From: an uncultured bacterium
Lineage (GTDB): Bacteria > Krumholzibacteriota > Krumholzibacteriia > Krumholzibacteriales > Krumholzibacteriaceae
Direction of reading: 5' to 3'
Length of the DNA: 64,000 bases
Assembly: GCA_963786935.1 (NCBI GenBank)
Contig: CAWBAN010000002.1
Location: forward strand, 224,001 to 288,000
Positions 29,282 to 38,866 of this stretch are shown piece after piece; position 1 is the first letter of the stretch; each line of letters opens with the position of its first letter. The notes under the pieces are model-generated. The model had not been told where the DNA came from and ran no database searches. It was given only the letters and a program-made list of their open reading frames with translations. Position numbers and translations under genes: made by a program.

Positions 29282-29898
29282 TCGCCACCTGCCCATTTTG
29301 CGTCGTGACATCCGTAGCACGACGGCTGTCCGGCGGTGCCGCCCCTGAGGTCGCCGCCGTGGCAGCGCGCGCAGTTCGTGAAAGGCTGGCAATAACCGGG
29401 CGCGTGGAGATGGCCGTCGAAGTTGATCGTGTGATTGTTCACTCCGCAGCTCGGTCCGTTCCAATTATCCAGATGGCAGGATGTGCATGACGGCTGTCCG
29501 GCCGTGCCGCCCGTGAGATCGCTTCCGTGGCACTGCGCGCAGTTCACGAAAGGCTGGCAGTAGCCCGGCGCATGGAGATGGCCGCCGAGATTGACCGTGT
29601 GCGTGGACAATCCGCACGTCGCTTCGTTCCAATGATCCGTATGGCATTTCGTGCAGGCGGGCTGTCCCAGGGGTCCTCCCTTGAGGCTATCGCCGTGACA
29701 CGCGGTGCAGTAGAGAAAAGGCTGGCAGTAGCCCCCTGCGTGATTCGTTCCGCCGAGATTCACGGTATGGCCTGGCCGCGCAGGCACGCTCGGCCCGCGT
29801 TGCCCCGCGCGAATGGGATTATCCGGCTCCCAGCAGCTCGCCAGCGCGAACGCGAGAAAAAGGAATGCGGCCGCGGCGCAGAAGAGCTTCTTGCTCAT
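29269..29898 (-). CDS. Hexaheme cytochrome c lipoprotein built from three diheme repeats
   Basis: LASC lipobox; 6 CxxCH. Confidence 0.92.
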   Translation of the reverse strand: MSKKLFCAAAAFLFLAFALASCWEPDNPIRAGQRGPSVPARPGHTVNLGGTNHAGGYCQPFLYCTACHGDSLKGGPLGQPACTKCHTDHWNEATCGLSTHTVNLGGHLHAPGYCQPFVNCAQCHGSDLTGGTAGQPSCTSCHLDNWNGPSCGVNNHTINFDGHLHAPGYCQPFTNCARCHGGDLRGGTAGQPSCYGCHDAKWAGGECGD

Positions 29899-30094
29899 AA
29901 TCGTTATGATTATGCGCGACATGCTTAATGTATACAGGGCTGGCGGATTCAAGTCAAGACACGATGCCGAACGGAAAAATTAGTCGGGGATCCTCGGCGC
30001 GTCGCATGACCACCGGAAGCCATGGATAACTGCTATGTTTATTCCATATCCATGCAGACATCCGCAGTCTATCGCCGTGCATCATTGAGTGACC

Positions 30095-30124
30095 TTGATA
30101 CAATATGTTGATTTGTAGTAGAAT
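30095..30124 (+). promoter_or_regulatory. Candidate cassette promoter Pc (array B)
   Basis: TTGATA-18 bp-TAGAAT at the position equivalent to 671-698. Confidence 0.55.
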
Positions 30125-30168
30125 GAGAGCAATCCGGAGAAGAAACAACGATGTTATGCGGCGAGCGT

Positions 30169-30215
30169 TCGCAGTCTTATCTGTGGAACACAGAACTGTC
30201 TATATGGCGTTAGTC
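30169..30215 (+). other. Second attI site (core GTTAGTC at 30209-30215), no adjacent integrase
   Basis: Homologous to 745-791; the core complements GACTAAC closing the first cassette. Confidence 0.85.
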
Positions 30216-30259
30216 TGATTAGGCTATATCGAAGATCTCATGCCTGGGAGATTAGTGTT

Positions 30260-30559
30260 ATGAACCGTCATTCCTGCCCCAAATGTGAACATGAGGTGCC
30301 AAAGATGCAGCGCTATGTGCAAAACTATTTGTGGGCCAAATGGGAATGTTCACACTGTGGAACTCGGCTCGGTTTTGCCGCGATGCCACGCCTGCTGCTG
30401 GTTCTTGTCGATGCAATCACCATTTCGTTAGTTTTCTTGATGAGGTATCGCTGGGGATTGGATCATCGGTGGTGGCTCTGGGGATATCTTATACTATCGA
30501 CTTTGCTGGTGGTGCCGCTTATCGATAGGATAGTAGTGGTAGAAAGAAGAACAGACTAA
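30260..30559 (+). CDS. Cassette B1: CxxC-x20-CxxC zinc-finger membrane protein
   Basis: CPKC...CSHC followed by two TM segments; stop codon lies in the attC. Confidence 0.85.
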   Translation: MNRHSCPKCEHEVPKMQRYVQNYLWAKWECSHCGTRLGFAAMPRLLLVLVDAITISLVFLMRYRWGLDHRWWLWGYLILSTLLVVPLIDRIVVVERRTD

Positions 30560-30665
30560 CTCCGCATGCAGCTGACGGCCGCTGCCGTCACGCCGCCTGC
30601 GGAGCACGCGGCGCGCCGGCCCGCCGGGGCGGCGGACGCGGCCGCAGCTGATGCCGGCGTTAGGC
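30554..30665 (+). repeat. attC site (resident type)
   Basis: GACTAAC...GTTAGGC. Confidence 0.95.
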
Positions 30666-30698
30666 ATGAGTGTCGCGCTTGTGAGATTGGCTGAGGAG

Positions 30699-31391
30699 AT
30701 GAGTCTTCGCAAATCAATTGTCGCTGCTTTCGCAGCCCTGATAATTATTGCTCCCCGCGCGGATGCCGGTGGGTTCCTGCGAGGGCTTCGATTTGAGGCC
30801 GGTTACGTGCACGTCTCTCTCCAGCCCGGGGACTTCAGCGACGGCATGATACGGATCGGTACCGATAAGTGGTTCAGGAGCATTGACGAGGCGTCTGGTA
30901 TCGAAGCTGGTGTGGGCTACGCCGCGAGTTCGCGGCTCACAGTCGGCCTGAGAACGGGGTATGCGTTTGGATCCAATGAGATTCCGATAAAGTTCTGCCT
31001 CAATCCCCATGATTTTTCCGATTGTGTTGATTCGGAACTCGAGTGTCGAATAGCCGACGTGCCGTTGGTCCTTACGCTGGATTATCGTGCCACACGGGCC
31101 GACTGGGCGACCGCGATTGAACTCGCAGGCGAGATGCATTTCGTTGAGTTCAGCAGTCGGACACCGGAAATCGAGTCACTCGGGATGGACGCCCGCAAGA
31201 CCGTCCTGGGAGAAGAGACAACATTCGGTGCTCACGCCGCGCTTGCAGTGGAGTGGTCGCCAGGCAGCAAGCTGCTTCTCGGCGCGCGCGCGGGCTATCG
31301 TGTCACCGAGACCATGCAGTTGGAGGGATTCAGTTTGGAACTTGGGGGCTGGTTTCTCGGGCTGTTCATTGGGCTGAGACCATGGGCATAG
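30699..31391 (+). CDS. Cassette B2: outer-membrane beta-barrel protein
   Basis: Signal peptide, amphipathic strands. Confidence 0.8.
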   Translation: MSLRKSIVAAFAALIIIAPRADAGGFLRGLRFEAGYVHVSLQPGDFSDGMIRIGTDKWFRSIDEASGIEAGVGYAASSRLTVGLRTGYAFGSNEIPIKFCLNPHDFSDCVDSELECRIADVPLVLTLDYRATRADWATAIELAGEMHFVEFSSRTPEIESLGMDARKTVLGEETTFGAHAALAVEWSPGSKLLLGARAGYRVTETMQLEGFSLELGGWFLGLFIGLRPWA

Positions 31392-31404
31392 CGGGATCGC
31401 TCCG

Positions 31405-31516
31405 GCCTAACTCCGCATACGGCTGACGGCCGCTGCCGTCACGCCGCCTGCGGAGCACGCGGCGCGCCGGCCCGCCGGGGCGGCGGGCGCGGCCGCAGCT
31501 GATGCCGGTGTTAGGC
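31405..31516 (+). repeat. attC site (resident type)
   Basis: GCCTAAC...GTTAGGC. Confidence 0.95.
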
Positions 31517-31555
31517 CGCCAACCATGAAGGGCCTAGGGAGATGGACCTCCAATC

Positions 31556-32338
31556 ATGGCATCGACAATTGGCATCAAACGTCAGATATCTCGGTTCGTC
31601 CGTGCTCGCACGTTCGGGGCGATGCTGGTGATGGCATATGCTCTCGGCACGCCCGGCGGCCATGCCGGCAGCAATCAAAGCGACGCGAATAATCTTGGAA
31701 TCAGATGGAAGGAGGTCGATGCCGGCACGTTCACGATGGGCAGTGGGACGACTGGACGACAGGTTGCCATCGATCGCTTCCTGATGAGCGCGACAGAAGT
31801 CACGTTCGATCAGTATGATGCCTTTTGTGATGCGACGGGGAAGCAGAAGCCGGACGACAATGGCTGGGGGCGAGGATCAAGGCCCGTGCTCGATGTTTCG
31901 TATGATGACGCGGTCGAGTTCTGTCAGTGGTTCAGCAAGGTTACCGGCAGTGCCGTGCGATTGCCAAACGAAGCCGAATGGGAGTATGCCGCGCAGGGCG
32001 GTTGCCGCAGCCGAGGCTACATCTATAGTGGGAGCGATAACAGCGACGAGGTCTCGTGGAATGAAGCCAACTCCGGGAATCAAACACATCCTGTCGGCAG
32101 GAAGAAACCCAATGAGCTGGGCTTGTTTGACATGAGCGGGAATCTGTGGGAATGGTGCGCCGATTGGCCCGATACGAGCTCCGGCGGGTCGCCAACGCCC
32201 GGTGGGGTCGTCGAACATGCGCTGCGCGGCAATTCGTACGACAATCCTGCAAACAGGAGCAGCTGCAAGCTTTCTGTTCGTCTGGACAAGGATTCGCGTC
32301 ACATCAATATCGGTTTTCGTGTCGCGCGATCCAAATAG
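31556..32338 (+). CDS. Cassette B3: formylglycine-generating enzyme (FGE-sulfatase) domain protein
   Basis: RLPNEAEWEYAA, PNELGLFDMSGNLWEWC, IGFRV. Confidence 0.93.
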   Translation: MASTIGIKRQISRFVRARTFGAMLVMAYALGTPGGHAGSNQSDANNLGIRWKEVDAGTFTMGSGTTGRQVAIDRFLMSATEVTFDQYDAFCDATGKQKPDDNGWGRGSRPVLDVSYDDAVEFCQWFSKVTGSAVRLPNEAEWEYAAQGGCRSRGYIYSGSDNSDEVSWNEANSGNQTHPVGRKKPNELGLFDMSGNLWEWCADWPDTSSGGSPTPGGVVEHALRGNSYDNPANRSSCKLSVRLDKDSRHINIGFRVARSK

Positions 32339-32340
32339 AT

Positions 32341-32428
32341 GGCATATTATCCGTGGGCTGGACTGACGCCAAGACGCGCGTCGTGCCGGCCCGCCGGGGC
32401 GCCGCGCGCGGCTGTTGCCGCGTTATGC
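32341..32428 (+). repeat. Degenerate attC remnant
   Basis: Retains GCCGGCCCGCCGGGGCG and ends in GTTATGC. Confidence 0.65.
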
Positions 32429-32458
32429 TGAATCGGGCTTCAGCATGAGAGAAAGCGA

Positions 32459-32893
32459 ATGAGAGCGACTGCAATTATTATATGGATCGTTTCGGCTCTC
32501 GTGCTCGGTTGCTCGGAAGATTCGTTTGTGGATGTAATCGACGAGGATCCGCTCGGGCCGGGCCCGCTGAACCACGCTCCCATAATCGCCCCGCAGCCCG
32601 ATACGAGCGCCATCGTCGGCGATACGCTGATGCTCCAAATTTCCGCTACCGATCCGGACGGAGACGCTCTTTATTATGAGGTGGATGTGTCGTGCACGTG
32701 GCTTGAGACAAGCAACAACAACTGTCATTCGCCGATCGCCCGGATCGATTATCAAACCGGAAGATTCTGGTTTAATCCCCGAAGCTATGATATTCCGGTA
32801 CGGCACGTCATCGTGACGGTGAGCGATCCTCATGGCAGCAGCGCCTCCATGGAATTTGATGTTATGGTCAGCGCGGCGGAACAGAGGATGTGA
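32459..32893 (+). CDS. Probable cassette B4: lipoprotein with cadherin/Ig-like domain
   Basis: VLGC lipobox, NHAP...ATDPDGD..., VTVSDPHG. Confidence 0.85.
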   Translation: MRATAIIIWIVSALVLGCSEDSFVDVIDEDPLGPGPLNHAPIIAPQPDTSAIVGDTLMLQISATDPDGDALYYEVDVSCTWLETSNNNCHSPIARIDYQTGRFWFNPRSYDIPVRHVIVTVSDPHGSSASMEFDVMVSAAEQRM

Positions 32894-32928
32894 AATTAAC
32901 GCCGCACAGCATTGAAGAGTCGCGCCCT

Positions 32929-33276
32929 ATGGTGATGAATCGCAATCGGAAGATCGTTCTGGCGCTCGGCGCCGTCATTATCGCCGCGTTGATCGTGCGG
33001 CCCCCGTACTTCGGCGTCGATCGCGAGTCCGGCGGGAAGGTGCATGCGTTCATCGGATATCATTGGATATGGGCGTCTCCCTCGTCTGCAAACGTTTACG
33101 AGCGGCTCATGAAGAGCAGCGCCTCGGGGGTCGATGGATCGCGGCTCGCATCATTCGAGGCGAGAATCAATGTTGTCCGCCTGATACAGAACATCGTGAT
33201 TTTGGGAGCCGCGGTCGCGCTGGGAATGGCGTTTCTCGGGAGACGGACGAAGGGACACGGCTCGGCTCGCCGCTGA
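32929..33276 (+). CDS. Small membrane protein
   Basis: Two TM segments. Confidence 0.65.
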   Translation: MVMNRNRKIVLALGAVIIAALIVRPPYFGVDRESGGKVHAFIGYHWIWASPSSANVYERLMKSSASGVDGSRLASFEARINVVRLIQNIVILGAAVALGMAFLGRRTKGHGSARR

Positions 33277-33294
33277 CGGCCCGGAGAACGATAC

Positions 33295-34365
33295 ATGGAG
33301 CTCGTAGACCTCGGATTCGACGGTTGGTTCGAAAAAAAGCGATCCGAAGCGCAGAGGCCGGAGCTCGCCGTCGCGCGCGTGACGAGAGTCGATCGGGAGC
33401 GGTATCTCGTGAGGAACGGGGAGCGCGAAGTGCAGGCGGAGCTTGCGGGCAAGCTCCGTTTCTGCGCCGATTCGAGCGAAGAGCTCCCGTGCGTGGGAGA
33501 TTGGGTGTCCGTGCAGTACTACAACGACGATACGCTGGCGATCATTCACGAGCGCCTTCCGAGAAAAACCTTCCTGCGGCGAAAATCCGCCGGCAGGGAG
33601 ATCGAGCGCCAGATGATCGCGGCGAATATCGACACGGCCTTCATCGTGCAATCGTGCGACTTCAATTTCAACCTGCGCCGGATGGAGCGGTACCTGGTGA
33701 TGGCCGTCGACGGCCGCGTCGAGCCGATGATTCTCCTCAGCAAGAGCGATCTCGTGGGCGCCGAGGACCTGGAGAAGAAGATTCTCGAGATACGGCAGGT
33801 TCATATCGACACGAGAATCGTCGTGTTCAGCAATAAGACCGCGGCGGGGCTGGACGAGGTCCGGCGCGCCCTCGAAAAAGGAAAGACGTACTGCCTGCTC
33901 GGGTCGTCGGGAGTCGGAAAAACGACGCTCCTCAATCATCTGCTCGGCTCCGAGCTCTTCGAAACGAATCCCGTGCGCGAGAAAGACGGAAGGGGAAGGC
34001 ATACGACGGCGCGCCGGCAGCTGACGGTTCTCGACATGGGCGCGCTCCTGATCGATACGCCCGGTATGAGGGAGCTCGGCGTGATCGCGGAGGGCGCGAG
34101 CGTCGACGACAGCTTCTCCGATATTCGGGAGCTGTCCCGGAATTGTCCGTTCGGCGATTGCACGCATACAAGGGAGGCCGGATGCGCGGTTCTCGCGGCG
34201 GTTGAAGGCGGCGCGCTGAGCGAGGAGCGCTACCGGAGCTATTTGAAGCTCGCGAGCGAATCGGCGTTCCATCAGATGTCCTATGTCGAGCGGCGGAAGC
34301 GGGACAAGCAGTTCGGAAAGATGATCAAGACCGCGAAAAAGCAGATGAGAAAGAAGCAGCTGTAG
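33295..34365 (+). CDS. rsgA: Ribosome small subunit-dependent GTPase A
   Basis: SKSD, GSSGVGKT, GRHTT, DTPG, C-terminal Cys/His zinc site. Confidence 0.95.
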   Translation: MELVDLGFDGWFEKKRSEAQRPELAVARVTRVDRERYLVRNGEREVQAELAGKLRFCADSSEELPCVGDWVSVQYYNDDTLAIIHERLPRKTFLRRKSAGREIERQMIAANIDTAFIVQSCDFNFNLRRMERYLVMAVDGRVEPMILLSKSDLVGAEDLEKKILEIRQVHIDTRIVVFSNKTAAGLDEVRRALEKGKTYCLLGSSGVGKTTLLNHLLGSELFETNPVREKDGRGRHTTARRQLTVLDMGALLIDTPGMRELGVIAEGASVDDSFSDIRELSRNCPFGDCTHTREAGCAVLAAVEGGALSEERYRSYLKLASESAFHQMSYVERRKRDKQFGKMIKTAKKQMRKKQL

Positions 34366-34503
34366 ATCCGGCGCGCGGCGCCTGAATCCTGCCGAACGAG
34401 GCTGAAACAATCTCCTCGACGCATAATGACACGGCCCCTTCGGCGTGGTACACTGGGTTCCGTTCACGGCAGCTGATGAGATTCTGAAAAGCGGGAGGCA
34501 TCG

Positions 34504-35637
34504 GTGAAAATCGTCGTTCTGGGTGCAGGAATGGTCGGGAGCGCCATCGCGAGGGATCTGGCGCTCGAATCGGAATTCACGGTAACGGCCGCCGATATTG
34601 ACCGGCGGCATCTGACGCGGCTCGAGGCGGAATCGCGGGTCAAAGGCATTCAGGCCGATCTGCGGGAGCGGGAACGCGTCGTCGCGATCGTGTCCGAGCA
34701 TGATTTCGTCGTGAGCGCCGTTCCCGGCTTCATGGGATTCGAGACGCTCCGAACGATCATCGGAGCGGGGAAGAACGTCGTCGACATATCTTTCTTCGGC
34801 GAGGATCCCTTCCTGCTCGACGAAGCGGCGAAGTCCAAGGGGGTCACCGCAGTCGTGGACTGCGGCGTGGCGCCCGGCCTCTGCAACGTCATGGCCGGAT
34901 ATGTGAGCTCGCGGCTCGATGCGACCGACCGCTACGTATGTTACGTGGGGGGATTGCCCATCGTGCGCCAGTGGCCGTTCGAGTACAAAGCCGTCTTCTC
35001 GCCGCTCGACGTGCTCGAGGAGTACACGCGCCCCGCGCGCTTCGTCGAATACGGCCGGGAGATCGTCCGCCCCGCGCTCTCCGAGGTCGAGCTGATCGAT
35101 TTCCCCGGCGTCGGCACGCTCGAGGCGTTCAACACGGACGGCCTGCGCAGCCTGATCAAGACGATGAAGATCCCGTTCATGCGCGAGAAGACGATGCGCT
35201 ATCCCGGACACGCCGAGCTCCTGCGTATCTTCAGAGAGAGCGGATTCTTCGGCACCGAGCCGGTCGAGATCGAAGGGAAGGCGGTGCGGCCGATCGCGCT
35301 TACGTCGAAGCTGCTCTTCGACCAGTGGCGGCTCGGCGAGGGGGAGAAGGATTTCACGGTGATGCAGGTGATCGTTGAGGGCCGGAAGGCCGAGCGGCAG
35401 CTCCGGCATACGTACAATCTGCTCGATCGTTACGACGAGAAATCCCACATCACGTCGATGGCGCGCACGACGGGATATACCTGCTCCATCGTCGCGCGAC
35501 AGGTGATCCGCGGGCTCTTCTCGCGCAAAGGGATCTGTCCCCCCGAGTACCTCGGCATGACGAACGGGTGCTGGGAGAATCTGATGGCCGAATACGCCAA
35601 GCGCGACATCGCGGTCACCGAAACGGTCGCGCGCTGA
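34504..35637 (+). CDS. Saccharopine dehydrogenase / lysine dehydrogenase family protein
   Basis: LGAGMVG, DCGVAPG. Confidence 0.9.
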   Translation: MKIVVLGAGMVGSAIARDLALESEFTVTAADIDRRHLTRLEAESRVKGIQADLRERERVVAIVSEHDFVVSAVPGFMGFETLRTIIGAGKNVVDISFFGEDPFLLDEAAKSKGVTAVVDCGVAPGLCNVMAGYVSSRLDATDRYVCYVGGLPIVRQWPFEYKAVFSPLDVLEEYTRPARFVEYGREIVRPALSEVELIDFPGVGTLEAFNTDGLRSLIKTMKIPFMREKTMRYPGHAELLRIFRESGFFGTEPVEIEGKAVRPIALTSKLLFDQWRLGEGEKDFTVMQVIVEGRKAERQLRHTYNLLDRYDEKSHITSMARTTGYTCSIVARQVIRGLFSRKGICPPEYLGMTNGCWENLMAEYAKRDIAVTETVAR

Positions 35638-35695
35638 GGTGCGGCGAGAGGCGCCGGGCCGAGCGCGGCAGCTACAGTTCGAACGGAGGAGACTC

Positions 35696-35887
35696 ATGGG
35701 CATTCTCTGGGAAATCGTGCAGACGGGGCTGATGTATGGGCAGAAGCGTAAATCGGATACGGTTGAAGACCGCGTCAAGTTTCTCGAGGACCAGCTCGCG
35801 GCGACGCAGAACACGATCCGGAATCTCGTCAAGAAGCTCGAGGAGATCAACAAGGCCGATTTCGACGGCGACGGCAAGGTCGGGTAG
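35696..35887 (+). CDS. Small coiled-coil protein ending in DFDGDGKVG
   Basis: GGAGG RBS, intact ORF. Confidence 0.7.
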   Translation: MGILWEIVQTGLMYGQKRKSDTVEDRVKFLEDQLAATQNTIRNLVKKLEEINKADFDGDGKVG

Positions 35888-35890
35888 GAC

Positions 35891-37531
35891 ATGCTGCGGG
35901 CCGGATCCGGGGCCGCCGCCGCGATCGTGATTATCGCGGTCATGCTCCTCGCGATCGCGAACACCTTCGTGACGGACGACGCGTTCATATCCTTTCGCTA
36001 CGCCCGCAATCTCGTCGAGTCGCACGAGCTCGCATGGAATCCCGGAACGGGGGAGCGCGTGGAGGGCTACACGAACTTCCTCTGGACGCTCCTCATGGCC
36101 GGCTCGATCGCGGCGGGCGTCGATCCGGTGCCGGCATCGAAGGTCCTCGGGCTCGCGTTCGCGCTGGGAACGCTTCTCGTAACGTACGCTCTGGCGGCCC
36201 GCCTGCTGCGCTCGCGCGGCGCCGCGCTTCTCGCCGTCGCGCTCCTCGGGACGAACTACACCTTCAGCGCGTTTGCGACGAGCGGTCTCGAAACGCAGAT
36301 GCAGACATTCCTGATCGTCGCGGCCGTCTCCCTGGCTCTTCCGATGATGGATGAGGAGCGTTGGGGCGTGTCCCGCGCGGCCGCGCTCTCGTTCGTGTGG
36401 GCCGCGGCGCTCCTGACGCGGCTCGATTCGGCGATTCCCGTTCTCGTTTTGTTCGTTTTCCTATTTGCAGTTTCCATCCGGCGGCCGGCAGGCGGGGCCG
36501 ACCGTTCCGGCGGTCGAGGAGTCGCGTGGGCGGCGCTCGTCCTTCCCGCGCTCGTCGTCGTCGGAACGTGGCTCCTCTGGAAACGCTCCTACTACGGAAG
36601 CGTGCTCCCGAACTCGTACTATGTAAAAGGATCGATGCTCTCTCTCGATATCCTGAAGGGAGGCATCCTCTATCTCTTCGAATTTTTCCGGGCGTACTGC
36701 CTTCCGCCCGTCGTCTTCGTATTTCTCTTCATGTTCAAGCGGATTCTCGCCGGGCGCGCGATGTGGGTGCTCGCGGCCATCTGCATGTTCTGGTTCATAT
36801 ATATTGTGCGGGTGGGGGGAGATTTCATGGAGTTCAGGTTCGTTGTGCCCGTGCTGCCGCTCCTCTTCATAATAATCGTCGCGACGCTTCAGTCAGTCGG
36901 GAACGCGATCGCGGCAGGCGGCGGAAGGCTCGTCGCCGCGCTCGCGATCATGCTGCCGATCTGCTCCGCTTTTCACGCGGCCACCTTCGACGGGACGCCG
37001 GGCGTCGAGCAGATCCCGAAGCTCCGGGAGTACGTCACGGGCGAGAACGGCAACTGGGAGGACGCGGGCAAAGCGCTCGCGGCGCTCTTTCCCGGGCGGG
37101 ACGTGACGATCGCGACCACGGCGGCGGGGGCGATTCCGTACTATTCGAAGCTCCCCGCGGTCGACATGCTCGGGATGAACGACGCGTGGGTGGCGCGCAG
37201 CGGCGAGATCATCGGGCCCCGGCCGGGGCACCGGCGCGCGGCGACGCTCGCGTACCTGAACGAGCGCGGCGTGAATCTCGTCATCGGCCATCCGGTCATC
37301 GAGCCCGCCGGCGCGGCACATGGAGCGGCCGGACTCTCACTCGACGATCTCGAGAAGATGTTCATGATCCGTCGCATCGAGGCCGGGCGCATCCCCGCCG
37401 ACGCGAAGATTCTGGAAATTCCGATCGACGGCGTCAACCGGCTCGTCGTGCTTTATCTCACGAAAAGTGAGCGGGTCGACGCTGTCATCGCGGAGAAACA
37501 TCTGGCGGCGTTTCCGATCGCGCGGATTTGA
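35891..37531 (+). CDS. Multi-pass GT-C-like glycosyltransferase (AftB-like)
   Basis: DDAFISFRYARN, VEGYTNFL, SGLET, GGDFM. Confidence 0.8.
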   Translation: MLRAGSGAAAAIVIIAVMLLAIANTFVTDDAFISFRYARNLVESHELAWNPGTGERVEGYTNFLWTLLMAGSIAAGVDPVPASKVLGLAFALGTLLVTYALAARLLRSRGAALLAVALLGTNYTFSAFATSGLETQMQTFLIVAAVSLALPMMDEERWGVSRAAALSFVWAAALLTRLDSAIPVLVLFVFLFAVSIRRPAGGADRSGGRGVAWAALVLPALVVVGTWLLWKRSYYGSVLPNSYYVKGSMLSLDILKGGILYLFEFFRAYCLPPVVFVFLFMFKRILAGRAMWVLAAICMFWFIYIVRVGGDFMEFRFVVPVLPLLFIIIVATLQSVGNAIAAGGGRLVAALAIMLPICSAFHAATFDGTPGVEQIPKLREYVTGENGNWEDAGKALAALFPGRDVTIATTAAGAIPYYSKLPAVDMLGMNDAWVARSGEIIGPRPGHRRAATLAYLNERGVNLVIGHPVIEPAGAAHGAAGLSLDDLEKMFMIRRIEAGRIPADAKILEIPIDGVNRLVVLYLTKSERVDAVIAEKHLAAFPIARI

Positions 37532-37577
37532 TGCCGGGATAGATCGATCGCCGGATTCCCGGCGGAGGAGAATCGAA

Positions 37578-38315
37578 ATGGACCGGTACGCGGTGATGTC
37601 CGACATTCACGGCAACGTCTGGGCGCTCGAAGCGGTGCTGGAGGATATCGGACACCGCGGAATCAAGCACATCATCAATCTGGGAGATACGGTGTACGGC
37701 CCGCTCGAGCCGCAGGCGACGGTCGCGCGCCTCATGGAGCTTCCCGTGATCAGCATTCAGGGGAACGAGGACCGCCTGCTCTTCGAGAAGCAAAAATCCC
37801 CCGCCTCGGCCGCGGCCGAGTTCGTGCTGAAGCGGCTCGCGCGGGACAGCGTCGATTGGCTCGCCGCGCAGCCGGCGACGGCGGGCGCGGGGAGGGAGCT
37901 CTTCCTCTGCCACGGCACTCCGGCCTCCGATGAAACGTATCTGCTCGAGCGCGCGTCCCCGCGTGGCACGACGCTCGATACCTCCGACGCCATCCGGGAG
38001 CGGCTCGGCGCGGTGGCGCAGCCGGTCGTGCTGTGCGGGCACAGCCATATTCCCCGCGTTGTGCATCTGAGCGGGGGGCGCCTGATCGTCAATCCGGGAA
38101 GCGTTGGGCTGCAGGCGTATACGGACGACACGCCCGAGCCGCATATCATGGAGTGCGGAAGCCCGCACGCCCGCTACGCCGTGCTCACGAGGGCGGGGGA
38201 TCAGTGGTCGATCGAGGAAGTATGTCTTGCGTACGATTGGAAGAAGGCGGCCGAGGCGGCGAGCCGGAACGGCCGCAGCGATTGGGTGGATTGGCTCGAA
38301 AGGGGGCGTGTATGA
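37578..38315 (+). CDS. Metallophosphoesterase family protein
   Basis: SDIHGN, LGD, GNED, GHSH, NPGSVG. Confidence 0.92.
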   Translation: MDRYAVMSDIHGNVWALEAVLEDIGHRGIKHIINLGDTVYGPLEPQATVARLMELPVISIQGNEDRLLFEKQKSPASAAAEFVLKRLARDSVDWLAAQPATAGAGRELFLCHGTPASDETYLLERASPRGTTLDTSDAIRERLGAVAQPVVLCGHSHIPRVVHLSGGRLIVNPGSVGLQAYTDDTPEPHIMECGSPHARYAVLTRAGDQWSIEEVCLAYDWKKAAEAASRNGRSDWVDWLERGRV

Positions 38316-38803
38316 CGAGGAGAAGAATGATCGCGGCGCTTGCGGCGCTCGCGATCGCCGCGACGTTCGCATCGTGCGCGACGGAAGCCCCGCGGAATCC
38401 CGCCGCGGAGCGCGAGGAGATCGCGCGCGTCATCGGCAACTCGATAATGTGGGCAATGGACAAGAACGTCGATCTGCTGTTCGCCTCGGTGGCGCAGGAT
38501 TCGGCGTTCTTCATCTTTCATCCCGACTCGGCGAGCACGATCGTCGGCTTCGACGCGTTCAAACAGATGACGAACGACGTCTTCATGCGCCCGGAGTTCA
38601 AGGCGACCGGATCCGCGATAAAAGACATGCGAATCGGCATCTCGAAATCGGGAGATGCCGCGTGGTGGTCGGCGATCCTCGACGATTTCGGGGAGGTCGG
38701 CGGCAGGCCCTACGCGTGGCGCAACACGCGATGGACCGGCGTGCTGGAGAAACGCGACGGGAAATGGGTCATCGTGCAGATGCACTTTTCGTTCGCGCAG
38801 TAG
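38312..38803 (+). CDS. NTF2/SnoaL-like lipoprotein
   Basis: FASC lipobox; RWTGVLEKRDGKWVIVQMHFS. Confidence 0.85.
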   Translation: MTRRRMIAALAALAIAATFASCATEAPRNPAAEREEIARVIGNSIMWAMDKNVDLLFASVAQDSAFFIFHPDSASTIVGFDAFKQMTNDVFMRPEFKATGSAIKDMRIGISKSGDAAWWSAILDDFGEVGGRPYAWRNTRWTGVLEKRDGKWVIVQMHFSFAQ

Positions 38804-38866
38804 ACGGAAAGCGCGCAGCGAGGGCAACGAGCGGAACGAACGCAACGATGGGAAAGGAACGACTCG

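Larger units (their letters stand above)
30209..32910 (+). mobile_element. Integron cassette array B (3-5 cassettes)
   Basis: Two intact resident-type attC sites plus degenerate remnants. Confidence 0.88.

Noticed and set aside
34470..34495. Hammerhead-like CTGATGA...GAAA or riboswitch upstream of the saccharopine dehydrogenase gene
   Set aside because: No adequate stem II or flanking stems, and no lysine riboswitch hallmarks recognised
35638..35685. Possible attC remnant (GCGCGGCAGCT...GTT)
   Set aside because: Similarity is too weak in GC-rich DNA
38820..38850. Short GCAACGA/GGAACGA tandem motif
   Set aside because: Only three short imperfect units, with no supportable function
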